From: a virus
Taxonomy: Duplodnaviria > Heunggongvirae > Uroviricota > Caudoviricetes
Strand: one strand, 5' to 3'
DNA length: 64,000 nt
Virus record (IMG/VR): IMGVR_UViG_2654587728_000014
Span: 1 to 64,000 of that record
The position numbers and the translations under genes are program-made. The notes beneath the pieces were generated by a model that saw only the letters and a program-made list of their open reading frames with translations, had not been told where the DNA came from and made no database searches. Shown here piece after piece: positions 38,993 to 49,108 of this stretch (position 1 is the first letter of the stretch; each line of letters begins with the position of its first letter).

Positions 38993-39876
38993 TGTTTGCC
39001 GTACTGGGTGATATTGAGTTTGAGCTGATTACCTACTGGGACGGCTTCGAGGCCACGTTCGGCGTCGATTATGCGGAGCATGCCCGCATCGGGGGTAAGC
39101 CTGGCCTGCAGTTCGTCGGCGACAGGCTGGACGAAATCCAGATAACTCTGGTTTTCCATCAGCATTATTGTGTACCCGATGTGGAGCTGGCGAGACTGCG
39201 AACAGCCATGAAAGCCCATCAGGCACTGGCGCTGGTCTTCGGCAACGGTGACTATCGCGGCTGGTTCGTGATTACCGATGTGACTGCAACCAGCGAGCAG
39301 ACTGACAGTACCGGCAACGTGCTGGCTGTCAGTGCCACCGTGTCTCTCCGGGAATACACCGGTGACCCGAAAAATCCTCTGCAACCACCGGCAATACGCA
39401 CGAAGCTCCCGGGTGTCGGGGCGGTCTCCGGTGCCATACCTTCACCTTCAGGGGTGGCGCAGTTCATCCGCAACGGCGTCAACTATGCGAAACAGGCGCA
39501 GTCTGTACTCCAGACCACTATCAGCGCCGTTCGGGTGACACAGAAAATGAAGGATAACCCCGTTGTCGCACTGACCCGTGTGCCGGGGCTGATGAGCGGA
39601 CTGGGTAATATCTCCGGGGCTCTGGGGAAAAGTGTTCCGGCGTTTAACGCACTCTCTGAATCCATGCCCGATGCCATCAGTCTGGCCAGAACAGCCAGCG
39701 AAGCAGCCACGTATGTACAGCAGGCACAGTCTGCGCTGAGTGGTGTGGACAAAAGAAATATTGCAGGTGCTCTGGATACCGTTTCCGGGCAGCTTAACGC
39801 CGCCGGCACAGCATTCAACCGCATGTCTCCGGAATTAAGTGCAATGGCCGCCAGAATACTGACGAGGAGTGTGTGA
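38992..39876 (+). CDS. DNA circularisation protein N-like tail protein (gpU-related N-terminus)
   Basis: 294 aa after tape measure. Confidence 0.65.
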   Translation: MFAVLGDIEFELITYWDGFEATFGVDYAEHARIGGKPGLQFVGDRLDEIQITLVFHQHYCVPDVELARLRTAMKAHQALALVFGNGDYRGWFVITDVTATSEQTDSTGNVLAVSATVSLREYTGDPKNPLQPPAIRTKLPGVGAVSGAIPSPSGVAQFIRNGVNYAKQAQSVLQTTISAVRVTQKMKDNPVVALTRVPGLMSGLGNISGALGKSVPAFNALSESMPDAISLARTASEAATYVQQAQSALSGVDKRNIAGALDTVSGQLNAAGTAFNRMSPELSAMAARILTRSV

Positions 39877-40088
39877 TGTTTCTTGAACATGTTACCCGTG
39901 ACGGAGAGCGCTGGGATTCGCTGGCATGGCAGTACTACGGTGACCCGCTGGGCTATCCCCGGATTATTGCCGCCAATCCGCACGTGGCCATCACGCCGGT
40001 GCTGCCCTCCGGGCTGTTGTTACTGATCCCGGTGATTGAGGCTGAAGAAGCCCGTACAGAAGAGGATATTGCCCCATGGCTGAGATAA
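39873..40088 (+). CDS. tail protein X-like (LysM-like)
   Basis: 71 aa; ERWDSLAWQYYGDP...NP motif like P2 gpX and the X at 52386..52586. Confidence 0.65.
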   Translation: MMFLEHVTRDGERWDSLAWQYYGDPLGYPRIIAANPHVAITPVLPSGLLLLIPVIEAEEARTEEDIAPWLR

Positions 40089-41230
40089 ACAGCACTGCGC
40101 AAGTCACATCAGCGTTAACCGGCGTCAGCGATGTGCTGACACCGGTGTTCACTTTGTGGTATCTGCAGAAAAACATCACCTCTGATATCGCGCCTTATGT
40201 CACCCGTGTGACCTGGAGCGATAACATCAAAAATGAGTCCGATACCATTGAGGTGGAGCTGGACGACACCGATGGCCGCTGGCTGGATAAATGGTATCCG
40301 GGCAAGGGTGACACGCTGACGCTGAAAATGGGCTATCAGGGCGAGAAGCTGCTGTCCTGCGGTACGTTCTCTATAGACGAGATCGAAGTGAGTTCGCCCG
40401 CTTCCGTTGTTTCTATCCGTGGGGTGGCCACCTCGGTTAACAGTGCCCTGCGGACTAAAACCAGTCGTGGTTTTGAGAACACCACGCTGGCAGCTGTTGC
40501 GGGGCGGATTGCCAGAAAGCACCGACTGAAACTGGTGGGCAGCATTGAGTCCATCAGAATCGACCGGGTGACCCAGTATGCTGAAACCGACGTGGGTTTT
40601 CTGCGCCGGCTGGCCAGCGAGTATGGTTATGCAGTGAAAGTGGTCAGTGACCAGCTGATTTTTTCTCATCTGGCCACACTGCGCAGTCAGGAGCCGGTCA
40701 GGCAGTTAAAACCGCAGGATGTGGCCCGCTTTTCCCTGCGTGACACCATCAACCGGGTCTATAAATCTGCAAAGGTAAAACACCAGAAAAGCAGCAGTAA
40801 AAAACTGATCGTCTACGAAGCTGATGGTGGTACCCGTGAAAGCGACAAAAAGCTCAAAGGTGGTAAGGTTACCAGCGCTGACTCACTTAAAGTTAACAGC
40901 CGCGTCAGCGACCCGGACAGTGCCCGGATTAAAGCGGATTCAGCACTGGCCAGACATAACGAATACCAGCAGAACGGCTCCCTGACGCTGACGGGAACAC
41001 CTCAACTGACAGCAGGCAACAAAATTGAACTGGTGGGTTTTGGGCAGTTATCCGGGCCATGGCTCATAACCACTGCCCGCCATGCGTTTGACCGTAACAG
41101 CGGCTACACCACAGAGCTGGAAGTGGCACGGGGGCCAGTCACAAGAGGGAAAAAACAAAAAACTCAGAAACTCACGGTTTATCACCCGGATGGCAGTACA
41201 TCGACGGTGATTAAGGAGAAGAAAAAATGA
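40076..41230 (+). CDS. baseplate hub protein (gpD family, Mu P-like)
   Basis: 384 aa; distant paralog of P2 D at 1..1110. Confidence 0.82.
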   Translation: MAEINSTAQVTSALTGVSDVLTPVFTLWYLQKNITSDIAPYVTRVTWSDNIKNESDTIEVELDDTDGRWLDKWYPGKGDTLTLKMGYQGEKLLSCGTFSIDEIEVSSPASVVSIRGVATSVNSALRTKTSRGFENTTLAAVAGRIARKHRLKLVGSIESIRIDRVTQYAETDVGFLRRLASEYGYAVKVVSDQLIFSHLATLRSQEPVRQLKPQDVARFSLRDTINRVYKSAKVKHQKSSSKKLIVYEADGGTRESDKKLKGGKVTSADSLKVNSRVSDPDSARIKADSALARHNEYQQNGSLTLTGTPQLTAGNKIELVGFGQLSGPWLITTARHAFDRNSGYTTELEVARGPVTRGKKQKTQKLTVYHPDGSTSTVIKEKKK

Positions 41231-41823
41231 CTGGTGTCACTCGTCAGGTCGGTACGGTCAGTGCCGTTGATGCCGACAGGGTTCAGGCCCGCGTTCGTCT
41301 GCCTGAATGCGATAACCTGCGCACAAACTGGCTTAACGTGCTGCAGCGCAATACCCAGGATAACAAAGATTACTGGCTCCCTGACGTGGGGGAGCAGGTT
41401 GAGGTGCTGCTCGATGCCAACGGCGAGGATGGTGTTATTCTGGGCGCGGTGTATTCAGACGTCGATAAACCACCGTTCAGTGACAAAAATATCCGGGGAA
41501 CCCGGTTTGCTGATGGTGCAGAGTACAGCTACAACCGGAAGACGCACACTCTGACCATCCGGGGCGGCATTGAGCATATTGTCATTGAGTGTGGTGCTGA
41601 TGTGGTATTGAAAACACAGAAAGCCACGATTGACGCACCGGAAACCGAACTTACCGGAGATCTGCGTGTCAGGGGTAAGCTGATTTACGAAGGAGGCATG
41701 GCGGGTTCTGGTGGTGAAGGTGTTACCGCGACCATCCATGGCAATATCGAGATTAAAGGGAATGCCCATGCCACGGGCAGTATGTTGTCTGATGGCGAAA
41801 ACTCCAGCCACCACTCCCACTGA
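41227..41823 (+). CDS. baseplate spike protein (gpV family)
   Basis: 198 aa; paralog of P2 V at 49456..50037. Confidence 0.8.
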   Translation: MTGVTRQVGTVSAVDADRVQARVRLPECDNLRTNWLNVLQRNTQDNKDYWLPDVGEQVEVLLDANGEDGVILGAVYSDVDKPPFSDKNIRGTRFADGAEYSYNRKTHTLTIRGGIEHIVIECGADVVLKTQKATIDAPETELTGDLRVRGKLIYEGGMAGSGGEGVTATIHGNIEIKGNAHATGSMLSDGENSSHHSH

Positions 41824-41877
41824 GCTTTTTAAACGCCTTTAATATCAGCGTTCCCGCACGGGGGCAATACTGCCCCC

Positions 41878-42225
41878 ATGAAAACAACCTCAGTATTCTG
41901 GCAACCGACCCTGCAGGCTCCCGGCGAAATTGTCCGGGGGCTGGATGATATCCGGCAGGCGATTCAAATTATCCTGCGGACTCCCCGCGGCAGCGACCCG
42001 CATCGCCCGGAGTTCGGCAGCAATCTGCATCTTTATATCGACTGGCCTGTAGACCGGGCCATTCCGCATGTGGTGCGCGAATCCGTCGATGCCATCCGGC
42101 GCTGGGAGCCCCGCTGCCAGCTTATGTCAGTTAAACCCGCCGTCGACGGCGAACATCTTACGCTCCGGGTGAGCTGGAAAGGCTCAGACGGACAGACCCG
42201 GACTCAGGAGCTGCTATGGCGCTGA
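41878..42225 (+). CDS. baseplate wedge protein (gpW/GP25 family)
   Basis: 115 aa; paralog of P2 W at 49109..49459. Confidence 0.8.
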   Translation: MKTTSVFWQPTLQAPGEIVRGLDDIRQAIQIILRTPRGSDPHRPEFGSNLHLYIDWPVDRAIPHVVRESVDAIRRWEPRCQLMSVKPAVDGEHLTLRVSWKGSDGQTRTQELLWR

Positions 42226-43319
42226 CAGAACCCGATTTTATTGAACGCGATGCCGACAAAATCACGGCAGAAATGATTGCGAAGTATGAAGCGGATACCG
42301 GCAAAACGCTGTACCCGGCACAGGCAGAACGTCTGCTGATTGATCTGTGGGCCTATCGCGAAATGCTGGTCAGGGTTGCGGTACAGGAGGCAGCAAAGCA
42401 GAATCTGGTCGCCTTTGCCCGTGAGCCGATGATTGATTACCTCGGTGAACTGGTCGGTGTATACCGTCTTGCCGCGCAGCCTGCCACTACCACGCTCCAG
42501 TTCTCCGTAGATGAGGCACTGGCCATTGATGTGCTGATCCCGGCAGGCACCCGCGTCAGCGCTTCCGACAGCGTTATTTTTGCCACCGATACAGATGTGG
42601 TACTGAAGGCCGGATTGCTGCTGGTCAATGTCACGTCCACCTGTACCGAACCCGGTACCGCTGGTAACGGCTGGCAACCTGCGCAGGTCAGTCAGTTACT
42701 CGATGAGATTGATAACGTCGACCTGCTGGTGAGCAATCTGACGGCCAGTTCCGGCGGTTCAGAACAGGAAGACGATGACAGGCTCCGGGAGCGTATCAGG
42801 CTGGCCCCGGAGTCATTCACCAATGCCGGAAGCCGTGGCGCATACCGCTTTCATGCCATGCAGGCCCATCCCAACATTGTCGATGTTGCTGTGCTTTCCC
42901 CGGTTCCCGGGACCGTAGATCTGTATCCGCTGCTCAGTACCGGTCTGCCGGACGGCGGTGTTCTCACGCTGGTAGAGAGTTTCTGCTCTGATGAGAAAGT
43001 CAGGCCACTCACTGATACAGTGCGGGCTAAAACACCAGTGAAGGTGGATTACACCATTGAAGCCAAGATTACGATCTATCGTGATCAGGATGCCAGGTCT
43101 GTAAAAGATGCCGCTAACAGCGCCATACAGAACTGGGTGGCATCACGTGCCGCCACGCTGGGGCGCGATATTGTCCCCAGCCAGATTATCAGTGCATTGT
43201 CCGTTTCCGGGGTGTACCAGGTTGAACTGGTGACACCGGCACTGCGGGTGGTGGCAGAAAACGAATGGGCAAACTGTACGGCAATCACTCTTAACATGAC
43301 TGGAGTGTCTGATGACTGA
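42216..43319 (+). CDS. baseplate protein J family
   Basis: 367 aa after W-like gene. Confidence 0.85.
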   Translation: MALTEPDFIERDADKITAEMIAKYEADTGKTLYPAQAERLLIDLWAYREMLVRVAVQEAAKQNLVAFAREPMIDYLGELVGVYRLAAQPATTTLQFSVDEALAIDVLIPAGTRVSASDSVIFATDTDVVLKAGLLLVNVTSTCTEPGTAGNGWQPAQVSQLLDEIDNVDLLVSNLTASSGGSEQEDDDRLRERIRLAPESFTNAGSRGAYRFHAMQAHPNIVDVAVLSPVPGTVDLYPLLSTGLPDGGVLTLVESFCSDEKVRPLTDTVRAKTPVKVDYTIEAKITIYRDQDARSVKDAANSAIQNWVASRAATLGRDIVPSQIISALSVSGVYQVELVTPALRVVAENEWANCTAITLNMTGVSDD

Positions 43320-43890
43320 GCCATTACAACTCCCGCCACCGCTTGAGGGTGATATCAGTCTCAGGACGCTGGGAAGACTGGCAGGACGGCTGGATAACAT
43401 CGACCTGAGCGTACTGATGGTCTTTCTCGTCGATATCGTCGACAGTTCCGCGCTGCCATGGCTGGGCGAGCAGTTCTCACTGTCTGGCGATGGCTGGGAG
43501 CTGGCGGAATCGGACGATGTTCGCCGCATGCTTATAAAAGCAGCCATCGAACTGCACCGGTATAAAGGGACGCCGTGGTCAATCCGGGAAGTTATCCGCC
43601 GTTTTGGCTTTGGTGAAGTGGATCTGATTGAAGGCACAGGTCGTCTCAGTTACGACGGCAATCGCAGCTATAACGGACTGTTTGTTCATGGAGATGCAGC
43701 CGCCTGGGCAGTTTATCGCGTTATTCTGAAACAGCCCATTACTAACGATCAGGCCGCGATGCTGCGTCAGACGCTCGCTGCATTTGCACCGGCCCGCTGC
43801 CATCTGGCCAGCCTGGAGTATCAGTCTGTGGCCATTCGCTATAACAATACCGCCATCCATGATGGCAGTTATAACCACGGGAGCAGTTGA
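43312..43890 (+). CDS. tail protein I family
   Basis: 192 aa before tail-fibre gene. Confidence 0.78.
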   Translation: MTEPLQLPPPLEGDISLRTLGRLAGRLDNIDLSVLMVFLVDIVDSSALPWLGEQFSLSGDGWELAESDDVRRMLIKAAIELHRYKGTPWSIREVIRRFGFGEVDLIEGTGRLSYDGNRSYNGLFVHGDAAAWAVYRVILKQPITNDQAAMLRQTLAAFAPARCHLASLEYQSVAIRYNNTAIHDGSYNHGSS

Positions 43891-45341
43891 TTATGGGAAA
43901 CCTGAATGAAACAGAAAAGTGGGAAGAAAATATCTATCAACTGGAGACATCAGATCCGGTTCTGGGTGGTGCAGACGGGATATCAAATCGAGCCCCCCGG
44001 CAACTGGCAAACAGGACGAAATGGCTGAAGAAAAAAACGGAGGAAGCCGCACAGTCACTGGCTGAACACGTACGTTCCCGTAACCACCCGGACGCGACAC
44101 TGACAGCTAAGGGGTTCACCCAACTGAGCAGTGCCACCAACAGCACCTCTGAAACGCTGGCCGCCACACCAAAGGCCGTCAAGGCTGCATATGACCTGGC
44201 TGCCGGCAAGGCCCCCGTCAGCCATACTCACCCGTGGAGTCAGATAACGGGAGTGCCTGCTGCCTCGCTGACGGCAAAAGGCACCGTACAACTGAGCAGC
44301 GCCACGGACAGTCAATCAGAAACTGAGGCTGCCACGCCGAAGGCGGTCAAGGCTGCATACGACCTTGCAGCCGGCAAGGCGCCCGTCAGCCACACTCACC
44401 CGTGGAGTCAGATAACGGGAGTGCCTGCTGCCTCGCTGACGGCAAAAGGCACCGTACAACTGAGCAGCGCCACGGACAGTCAATCAGAAACTGAGGCTGC
44501 CACGCCGAAGGCGGTCAAGGCTGCATACGACCTTGCAGCCGGCAAGGCGCCCGTCAGCCACACTCACCCGTGGAGTCAGATAACGGGAGTGCCTGCTGCC
44601 TCGCTGACGGCAAAAGGCACCGTACAATTGAGCAGTGCCATCAACAGCACGTCTGAAATACTGGCCGCCACACCGAAAGCGGTCAAGGCTGCATACGATC
44701 TGGCAAACGGAAAACAACCGGCAGATGCCACGCTCACTGCTCTGGCAGGACTTGCCACTGCAGCAGATCGGTTGCCTTATTTTACCGGAGCAGACCGCGC
44801 AGAGCTGGCAACCCTTACAGCTATTGGTCGCGCTATTATCGCTAAGGGCAGTATAAAAGATGTCCTCAATTACCTTGGTTTGGGGGAAGGCTCTGCATTG
44901 CCTGTTGGTGTACCGGTTCCATGGCCCACCGCCACACCGCCAGCAGGCTGGTTACAGTGCAACGGAGCTACGTTCACCAAAGAACAATATCCTGTTCTGG
45001 CCAGAGTCTACCCGACCCTCCGTCTTCCCGATTTGCGCGGTGAGTTTATCCGTGGATGGGACGGTGGTCGCAAGGTTGATACCGGGCGTGCGCTACTTTC
45101 ATTTCAGGAAGGGACTATCGTATCCGGTTTTGATGATAATGATACCGGAGATATCAGTTCGCTCGGCTCTACACAATACGGATTTGGTGACGCTTTAACC
45201 TCTAATCAACTGGGGGTCTTAAATGGCAAAAAGTGGATATTTGATGCATCCTCTAAAGGTGCACAAAGATATGACTGGTGGGCTTATGTATCAGCTCGCC
45301 CCCGCAATATCGCATTTAACTATATCGTGAGGGCGGCGTGA
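43887..45341 (+). CDS. tail fibre protein S of Mu-like element (constant part up to site C, then variable part)
   Basis: 484 aa; tandem shaft repeats; C-terminus LGLGEGSALPVGVPVPWP...NYIVRAA shared with H and the cassette ORFs. Confidence 0.9.
   Translation: MIMGNLNETEKWEENIYQLETSDPVLGGADGISNRAPRQLANRTKWLKKKTEEAAQSLAEHVRSRNHPDATLTAKGFTQLSSATNSTSETLAATPKAVKAAYDLAAGKAPVSHTHPWSQITGVPAASLTAKGTVQLSSATDSQSETEAATPKAVKAAYDLAAGKAPVSHTHPWSQITGVPAASLTAKGTVQLSSATDSQSETEAATPKAVKAAYDLAAGKAPVSHTHPWSQITGVPAASLTAKGTVQLSSAINSTSEILAATPKAVKAAYDLANGKQPADATLTALAGLATAADRLPYFTGADRAELATLTAIGRAIIAKGSIKDVLNYLGLGEGSALPVGVPVPWPTATPPAGWLQCNGATFTKEQYPVLARVYPTLRLPDLRGEFIRGWDGGRKVDTGRALLSFQEGTIVSGFDDNDTGDISSLGSTQYGFGDALTSNQLGVLNGKKWIFDASSKGAQRYDWWAYVSARPRNIAFNYIVRAA
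44099..44700 (+). repeat. tandem 168-bp coding repeats (about 3.5 copies; two perfect copies at 44267-44434 and 44435-44602)
   Basis: exact 168-nt periodicity encoding LTAKGTVQLSSATDSQSETEAATPKAVKAAYDLAAGKAPVSHTHPWSQITGVPAAS. Confidence 0.85.
44865..44891. other. gix-like crossover site C (CTCAATTACCTTGGTTTGGGGGAAGG)
   Basis: consensus core; same orientation as site A; at the constant/variable junction of S. Confidence 0.6.
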
Positions 45342-45347
45342 TACCGT

Positions 45348-45962
45348 TCAGCCGGCAAGCGCCAGTGGCGCTTCCGGCCAGCTGATTTCAGGTGCCTTGC
45401 TGATATCCAGTGCGTTCAGCTCGTCGATATAATCCAGCACGGCGTTCAGTTTTGCCGTTTCTTCTGGTTTCAGACTGCGACCAGCACGCAGTTTGAGGTT
45501 GATAAGATCGACGGACGCCATCGCCTGTTTCACCCGTTGCTGGCGTTGCTGTCTGGCAACCTCCAGTTCTGCGGCTCGCTGCCGTTCAGTATCGGTTACC
45601 CACGCCTCACCGTTCCAGGTATCCCATGGCGTGGCTGGCTGTTTTGTGGTGGTGTCCGCCGGGTAATCACCCGGTTGGGTAATCAGAACGGGGTTACCGT
45701 TCTCCGTGCTGTATACCGTCTCGCCGCGGTGATCAGGCACATGCTCCCACCCGTTCAGCGTGGCAGTCCGGCAAACCACGTAACCCGAAATTGCTTCCGG
45801 CGGTGCATCGGCGCACGAATGTGCCGGAGTACCCACCCCAAGGGCGAGATACTCCACAGAGGATGAGGTGTATTCCCGGGTTTCCTCGTCATAGTGATAT
45901 ACAGTGATATCGCCCGCTACAGTGGCGATACCGTTTTCATCCAGAACTGCAGTGTTACTCAT
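45348..45962 (-). CDS. G: tail fibre assembly protein (P2 G / Mu U family)
   Basis: 204 aa directly downstream of H; stop is 6 bp from the stop of S on the other strand. Confidence 0.85.
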   Translation of the reverse strand: MSNTAVLDENGIATVAGDITVYHYDEETREYTSSSVEYLALGVGTPAHSCADAPPEAISGYVVCRTATLNGWEHVPDHRGETVYSTENGNPVLITQPGDYPADTTTKQPATPWDTWNGEAWVTDTERQRAAELEVARQQRQQRVKQAMASVDLINLKLRAGRSLKPEETAKLNAVLDYIDELNALDISKAPEISWPEAPLALAG

Positions 45963-47611
45963 TAAACTGCCCTCACAATGTAATTAAGTGCAATGCTACG
46001 GGGTCTGACAGTGATACCCTTCGCATACCCGCTTCTGATAGAGGTCAGAATAGTAGCCTGCATACCATTGTCTGACATTGCCACGACAGGATCGCTGAAT
46101 GTTGTCCCGTCCGGCATTTTAAAGCTGCCCTCACGAAGGTCTGTAATGGAATCTTCATTGTTGAATCCCATGCCGACTATCCCCGAGGTTCCCGTAGTGT
46201 CCTGGTTATAATAATCCAGCATTGCTGTTCTTAACAGCGTTGCCCCTTGTGCGGACAGCAACTTACGTCCTGTATCAACTTTGCGCCCGTCGTCCCATCC
46301 ACGGATAAACTCACCGCGTAAATCGGGAAGACGGAGGGTCGGGTAGACTCTGGCCAGAACAGGATATTGTTCTTTTGTAAAGGCGCGCCCGTCGCACTTT
46401 AACCAGCCTGCTGGCGGTGTGGCGGTGGGCCACGGAACAGGCACACCAACGGGTAGCGCCGAGCCTTCTCCTAAACCAAGGTAATCAAGAACTCCCTGAG
46501 TGCTGGTTTTACCAAGAATGGCACGTCCAACACTTGTCAACGCGGTTAACGCGGCACGATCTGCCCCTGTAAAATATGGGAGTTTATCTGCTGATGTAGC
46601 AAGCTCCGCCAGCGCCGTCAGGGTGGCATCCTTCGGTTGCTTACCCGCAAGCGCGTTAGTCATGGTGGTCGCAAAATTCGGGTCATTGCCCAGCGCTGCA
46701 GCCAGTTCGTTCAGCGTGTTCAGTGCATCAGGTGACGAATCTACAAGTGCGGCAATCGCAGCCATAACGAAAGCCGTGCTTGCGATCTGGGCACTATTAG
46801 TCCCCTGTGGCGCTGTTGGTGTTGTTGGCGTTCCGGTCAGTGCCGGGCTGTTTAATGGTGCTTTCTTGTTCGTTTCATCCATTACCGCCTTAACAGCTTT
46901 TGGTGTCGCTGCCAGCGTTTCAGACGTGCTGTTCGTGGCGCTACTGAGCTGAACAATCCCTTTTTGTGTAGTGGTGGCGTTCTGGGCGGTATATTTCCCG
47001 TTAGCCAGGTCATATGCAGCCTTAACCGCTTTCGGTGTTGCGGCCAGTGTTTCTGATTCACTGTTAATTGCACTGCTTAACTGAGTAAAACCTTTTACGG
47101 TCAGCGAGGCGTCCGGGTGACGTCGTGACTGTTCGTGCTCTGATATTTTATCATCCACATATTTGCGGGTTGCCAGAACCACAGACGGGTCGATTTTCAG
47201 CGTGATGGCTTCGGTGTTCGTGACAACCAGAATCATGCGGATAGTCTGGGTGCGTCCACTGCCTTCCTGCAACTGCGGTTTGTACGTTTCCGGGCAGTTT
47301 GCCACCGCAATGAGTGCACCTTCATCATCATAAAGACCAATCTCACGGATCCAGAATCCTCCCTCGTTTTCAGGGATGATTTGCTCCGCAATAATCTGGC
47401 TCTGATTGTTAGGGTCAACACTCAGAAGATTCAGCGGTGCAATGCGTTTCTGGTTAATCAGTTTTGTTTGTGCAGGGTCTGGTGTTGGTAACACACCATT
47501 TGCATCACCAACGGCCATTTGCGTCAGATTCAGCTTACTGCCGAGCATCGTCGCGTTAGCCAGTCGTGCTGCGCCCTGATTAGTCAGAATGGCGTAGTAT
47601 TTCACTGTCAT
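45962..47611 (-). CDS. H: P2-like tail fibre protein
   Basis: 549 aa; N-terminus MTVKYYAILTNQGAARLANA...IAVANCPETYKPQLQEGSGR matches P2 H; C-terminal part after site D matches Mu-type Sv. Confidence 0.9.
   Translation of the reverse strand: MTVKYYAILTNQGAARLANATMLGSKLNLTQMAVGDANGVLPTPDPAQTKLINQKRIAPLNLLSVDPNNQSQIIAEQIIPENEGGFWIREIGLYDDEGALIAVANCPETYKPQLQEGSGRTQTIRMILVVTNTEAITLKIDPSVVLATRKYVDDKISEHEQSRRHPDASLTVKGFTQLSSAINSESETLAATPKAVKAAYDLANGKYTAQNATTTQKGIVQLSSATNSTSETLAATPKAVKAVMDETNKKAPLNSPALTGTPTTPTAPQGTNSAQIASTAFVMAAIAALVDSSPDALNTLNELAAALGNDPNFATTMTNALAGKQPKDATLTALAELATSADKLPYFTGADRAALTALTSVGRAILGKTSTQGVLDYLGLGEGSALPVGVPVPWPTATPPAGWLKCDGRAFTKEQYPVLARVYPTLRLPDLRGEFIRGWDDGRKVDTGRKLLSAQGATLLRTAMLDYYNQDTTGTSGIVGMGFNNEDSITDLREGSFKMPDGTTFSDPVVAMSDNGMQATILTSIRSGYAKGITVRPRSIALNYIVRAV
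46464..46491. other. gix-like crossover site D (CCTTCTCCTAAACCAAGGTAATCAAGAA)
   Basis: very good match to hix/gix consensus; same orientation as site B. Confidence 0.6.
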
Positions 47612-48249
47612 GCGTTTACTCTCAGATTATCAATTAAATGAATGGCCGGGGCAGGGAAATAATCCCCTTCGACAATAATGGACTCCGGGGTGTAGGGATA
47701 AACCGTCAGGGCATCGCCGTGATAGCATCCCGTACCAACGAAAATCTTTCCGTTCACACTCAGGCTGATCGCCAGCCCCGTCAGATGGCGACTTACTGGT
47801 TTTGCATCCGCAATAAGGCGCTCAAGTTCCTGATACATTTCATCGGTGATGCCCTGATCAAGTACTCCGACAACAATGCGAAATGTTCCTGGCTCCTCGT
47901 TGAGTTGCCACCACTCCTTTACTTCAATCAGGTAGCCGAGAGGCTCCACGGCTCTTCGCAGTGCGCTGATGGTCCCTTTGTGTCGGTGTATCAGCCATGC
48001 ATCACGAATTACCTGTCGCTTTGTCTCTTCCGGCCAGTTGCGATCCCAGCGGTCAACGGAAAACGCCCAGGCGAGATAAGGCAGCAGATGCACCGGGCAG
48101 GTGTCCGGCGACCACAGCGTGTTGAGGTCTACCGGAATGTCTGTAATGCGTGTTCCGACGGCTTCGGCACAACGCATGAAATTGCTGGCTGATGGTGGTA
48201 ACAGTGAATTACTCATTGCGTCCACCTTCGCTGATGGTGAATGACTCAC
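47608..48249 (-). CDS. I: P2-like tail protein gpI
   Basis: 213 aa; LLPYLAWAFSVDRWD and ERLIADAKPVSRHL blocks as in P2 I. Confidence 0.88.
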   Translation of the reverse strand: MSHSPSAKVDAMSNSLLPPSASNFMRCAEAVGTRITDIPVDLNTLWSPDTCPVHLLPYLAWAFSVDRWDRNWPEETKRQVIRDAWLIHRHKGTISALRRAVEPLGYLIEVKEWWQLNEEPGTFRIVVGVLDQGITDEMYQELERLIADAKPVSRHLTGLAISLSVNGKIFVGTGCYHGDALTVYPYTPESIIVEGDYFPAPAIHLIDNLRVNA

Positions 48250-49105
48250 AGCGCGCCGCCTGTATGTCGCTGATGGTCATATTCTGTGTGGGTTCGATTA
48301 TCTCCACGCGTTGCACACCGTGCACATGCAGTGCGGCAGCAATGGCGGACAACGCCACGTCCTGACCGATAAGCCCCTGCTCAGCCAGCCACTTCCTGAA
48401 CGACGATTCAGCCGCGGCCAGAATAGGTTCGGATTCCGGGCCGGGGTAAAAGTACAGTTTTGCATTCAGCCGCCATGTCACGATTCTGGCGCTCTGTACG
48501 GTCAGGCGGTCGGCCACCGGGCGGGTATCCTCTGCATTCAGAACGGCGCGAACGGTATTAAGCAACGCCTCCGTTGCTGTGCCGTCGCCTTCAGTGGACA
48601 GGATGGAAACCGTCACATTTGCCGGAGACGGACTGATAGCCCGCGCATCACGCACCAGACCGCTGGCGCTGCGGGCAAAATACTCGTATGCACCTGACGG
48701 GCCAGCAACACTCAGGCCATCGTACGCCCGCTGTGCCCGCAGTCTCAGCGAGGTGTCACTTTCCATCACTGCGTCGGTGGTATCCGTTGCCGGAGTGATG
48801 GTCAGGCGCTTTGTGTTCATATTGCCCGCGAGGTTGTCCAGGTCTGTCCCGGCGCTGTGGCTTAACATGCAGGCGTGTGCCCCCTCATTGACCCGCTGGC
48901 GTAACAGCATTTCACGAAACGCTGTTGTCTGGGCGATAACGTTCAGGGGTTCCGATTCCAGCTCCAGCGCGGCGGAGACGGCTTCACGCTGTTCGGCGGG
49001 ATAAGCCGCAATCATCATGGCCTTTGTGTCAGCCAGAATTGCCTCAAAGTCAGGCTCCGCGATGATGGCGGGTTCCGGTAACTGGGAAAGGTCAACGGCG
49101 GGCAT
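48209..49105 (-). CDS. J: P2-like baseplate assembly protein gpJ
   Basis: 298 aa; synteny. Confidence 0.88.
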   Translation of the reverse strand: MPAVDLSQLPEPAIIAEPDFEAILADTKAMMIAAYPAEQREAVSAALELESEPLNVIAQTTAFREMLLRQRVNEGAHACMLSHSAGTDLDNLAGNMNTKRLTITPATDTTDAVMESDTSLRLRAQRAYDGLSVAGPSGAYEYFARSASGLVRDARAISPSPANVTVSILSTEGDGTATEALLNTVRAVLNAEDTRPVADRLTVQSARIVTWRLNAKLYFYPGPESEPILAAAESSFRKWLAEQGLIGQDVALSAIAAALHVHGVQRVEIIEPTQNMTISDIQAARCESFTISEGGRNE

Positions 49106-49108
49106 GAT

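Noticed and set aside
38992-41230. Homologous recombination between paralogous P2 and Mu-like baseplate genes (D vs gpD-like, U vs N-like) as the cause of the operon inversion
   Set aside because: Similarity is only at distant protein level with no nucleotide-level repeats visible, so it is unlikely to support homologous exchange.
44099-44700. Regular tandem repeats that could be taken for a CRISPR array or VNTR
   Set aside because: They are in-frame coding repeats within tail-fibre gene S, with no spacer-like unique units and no cas genes nearby.
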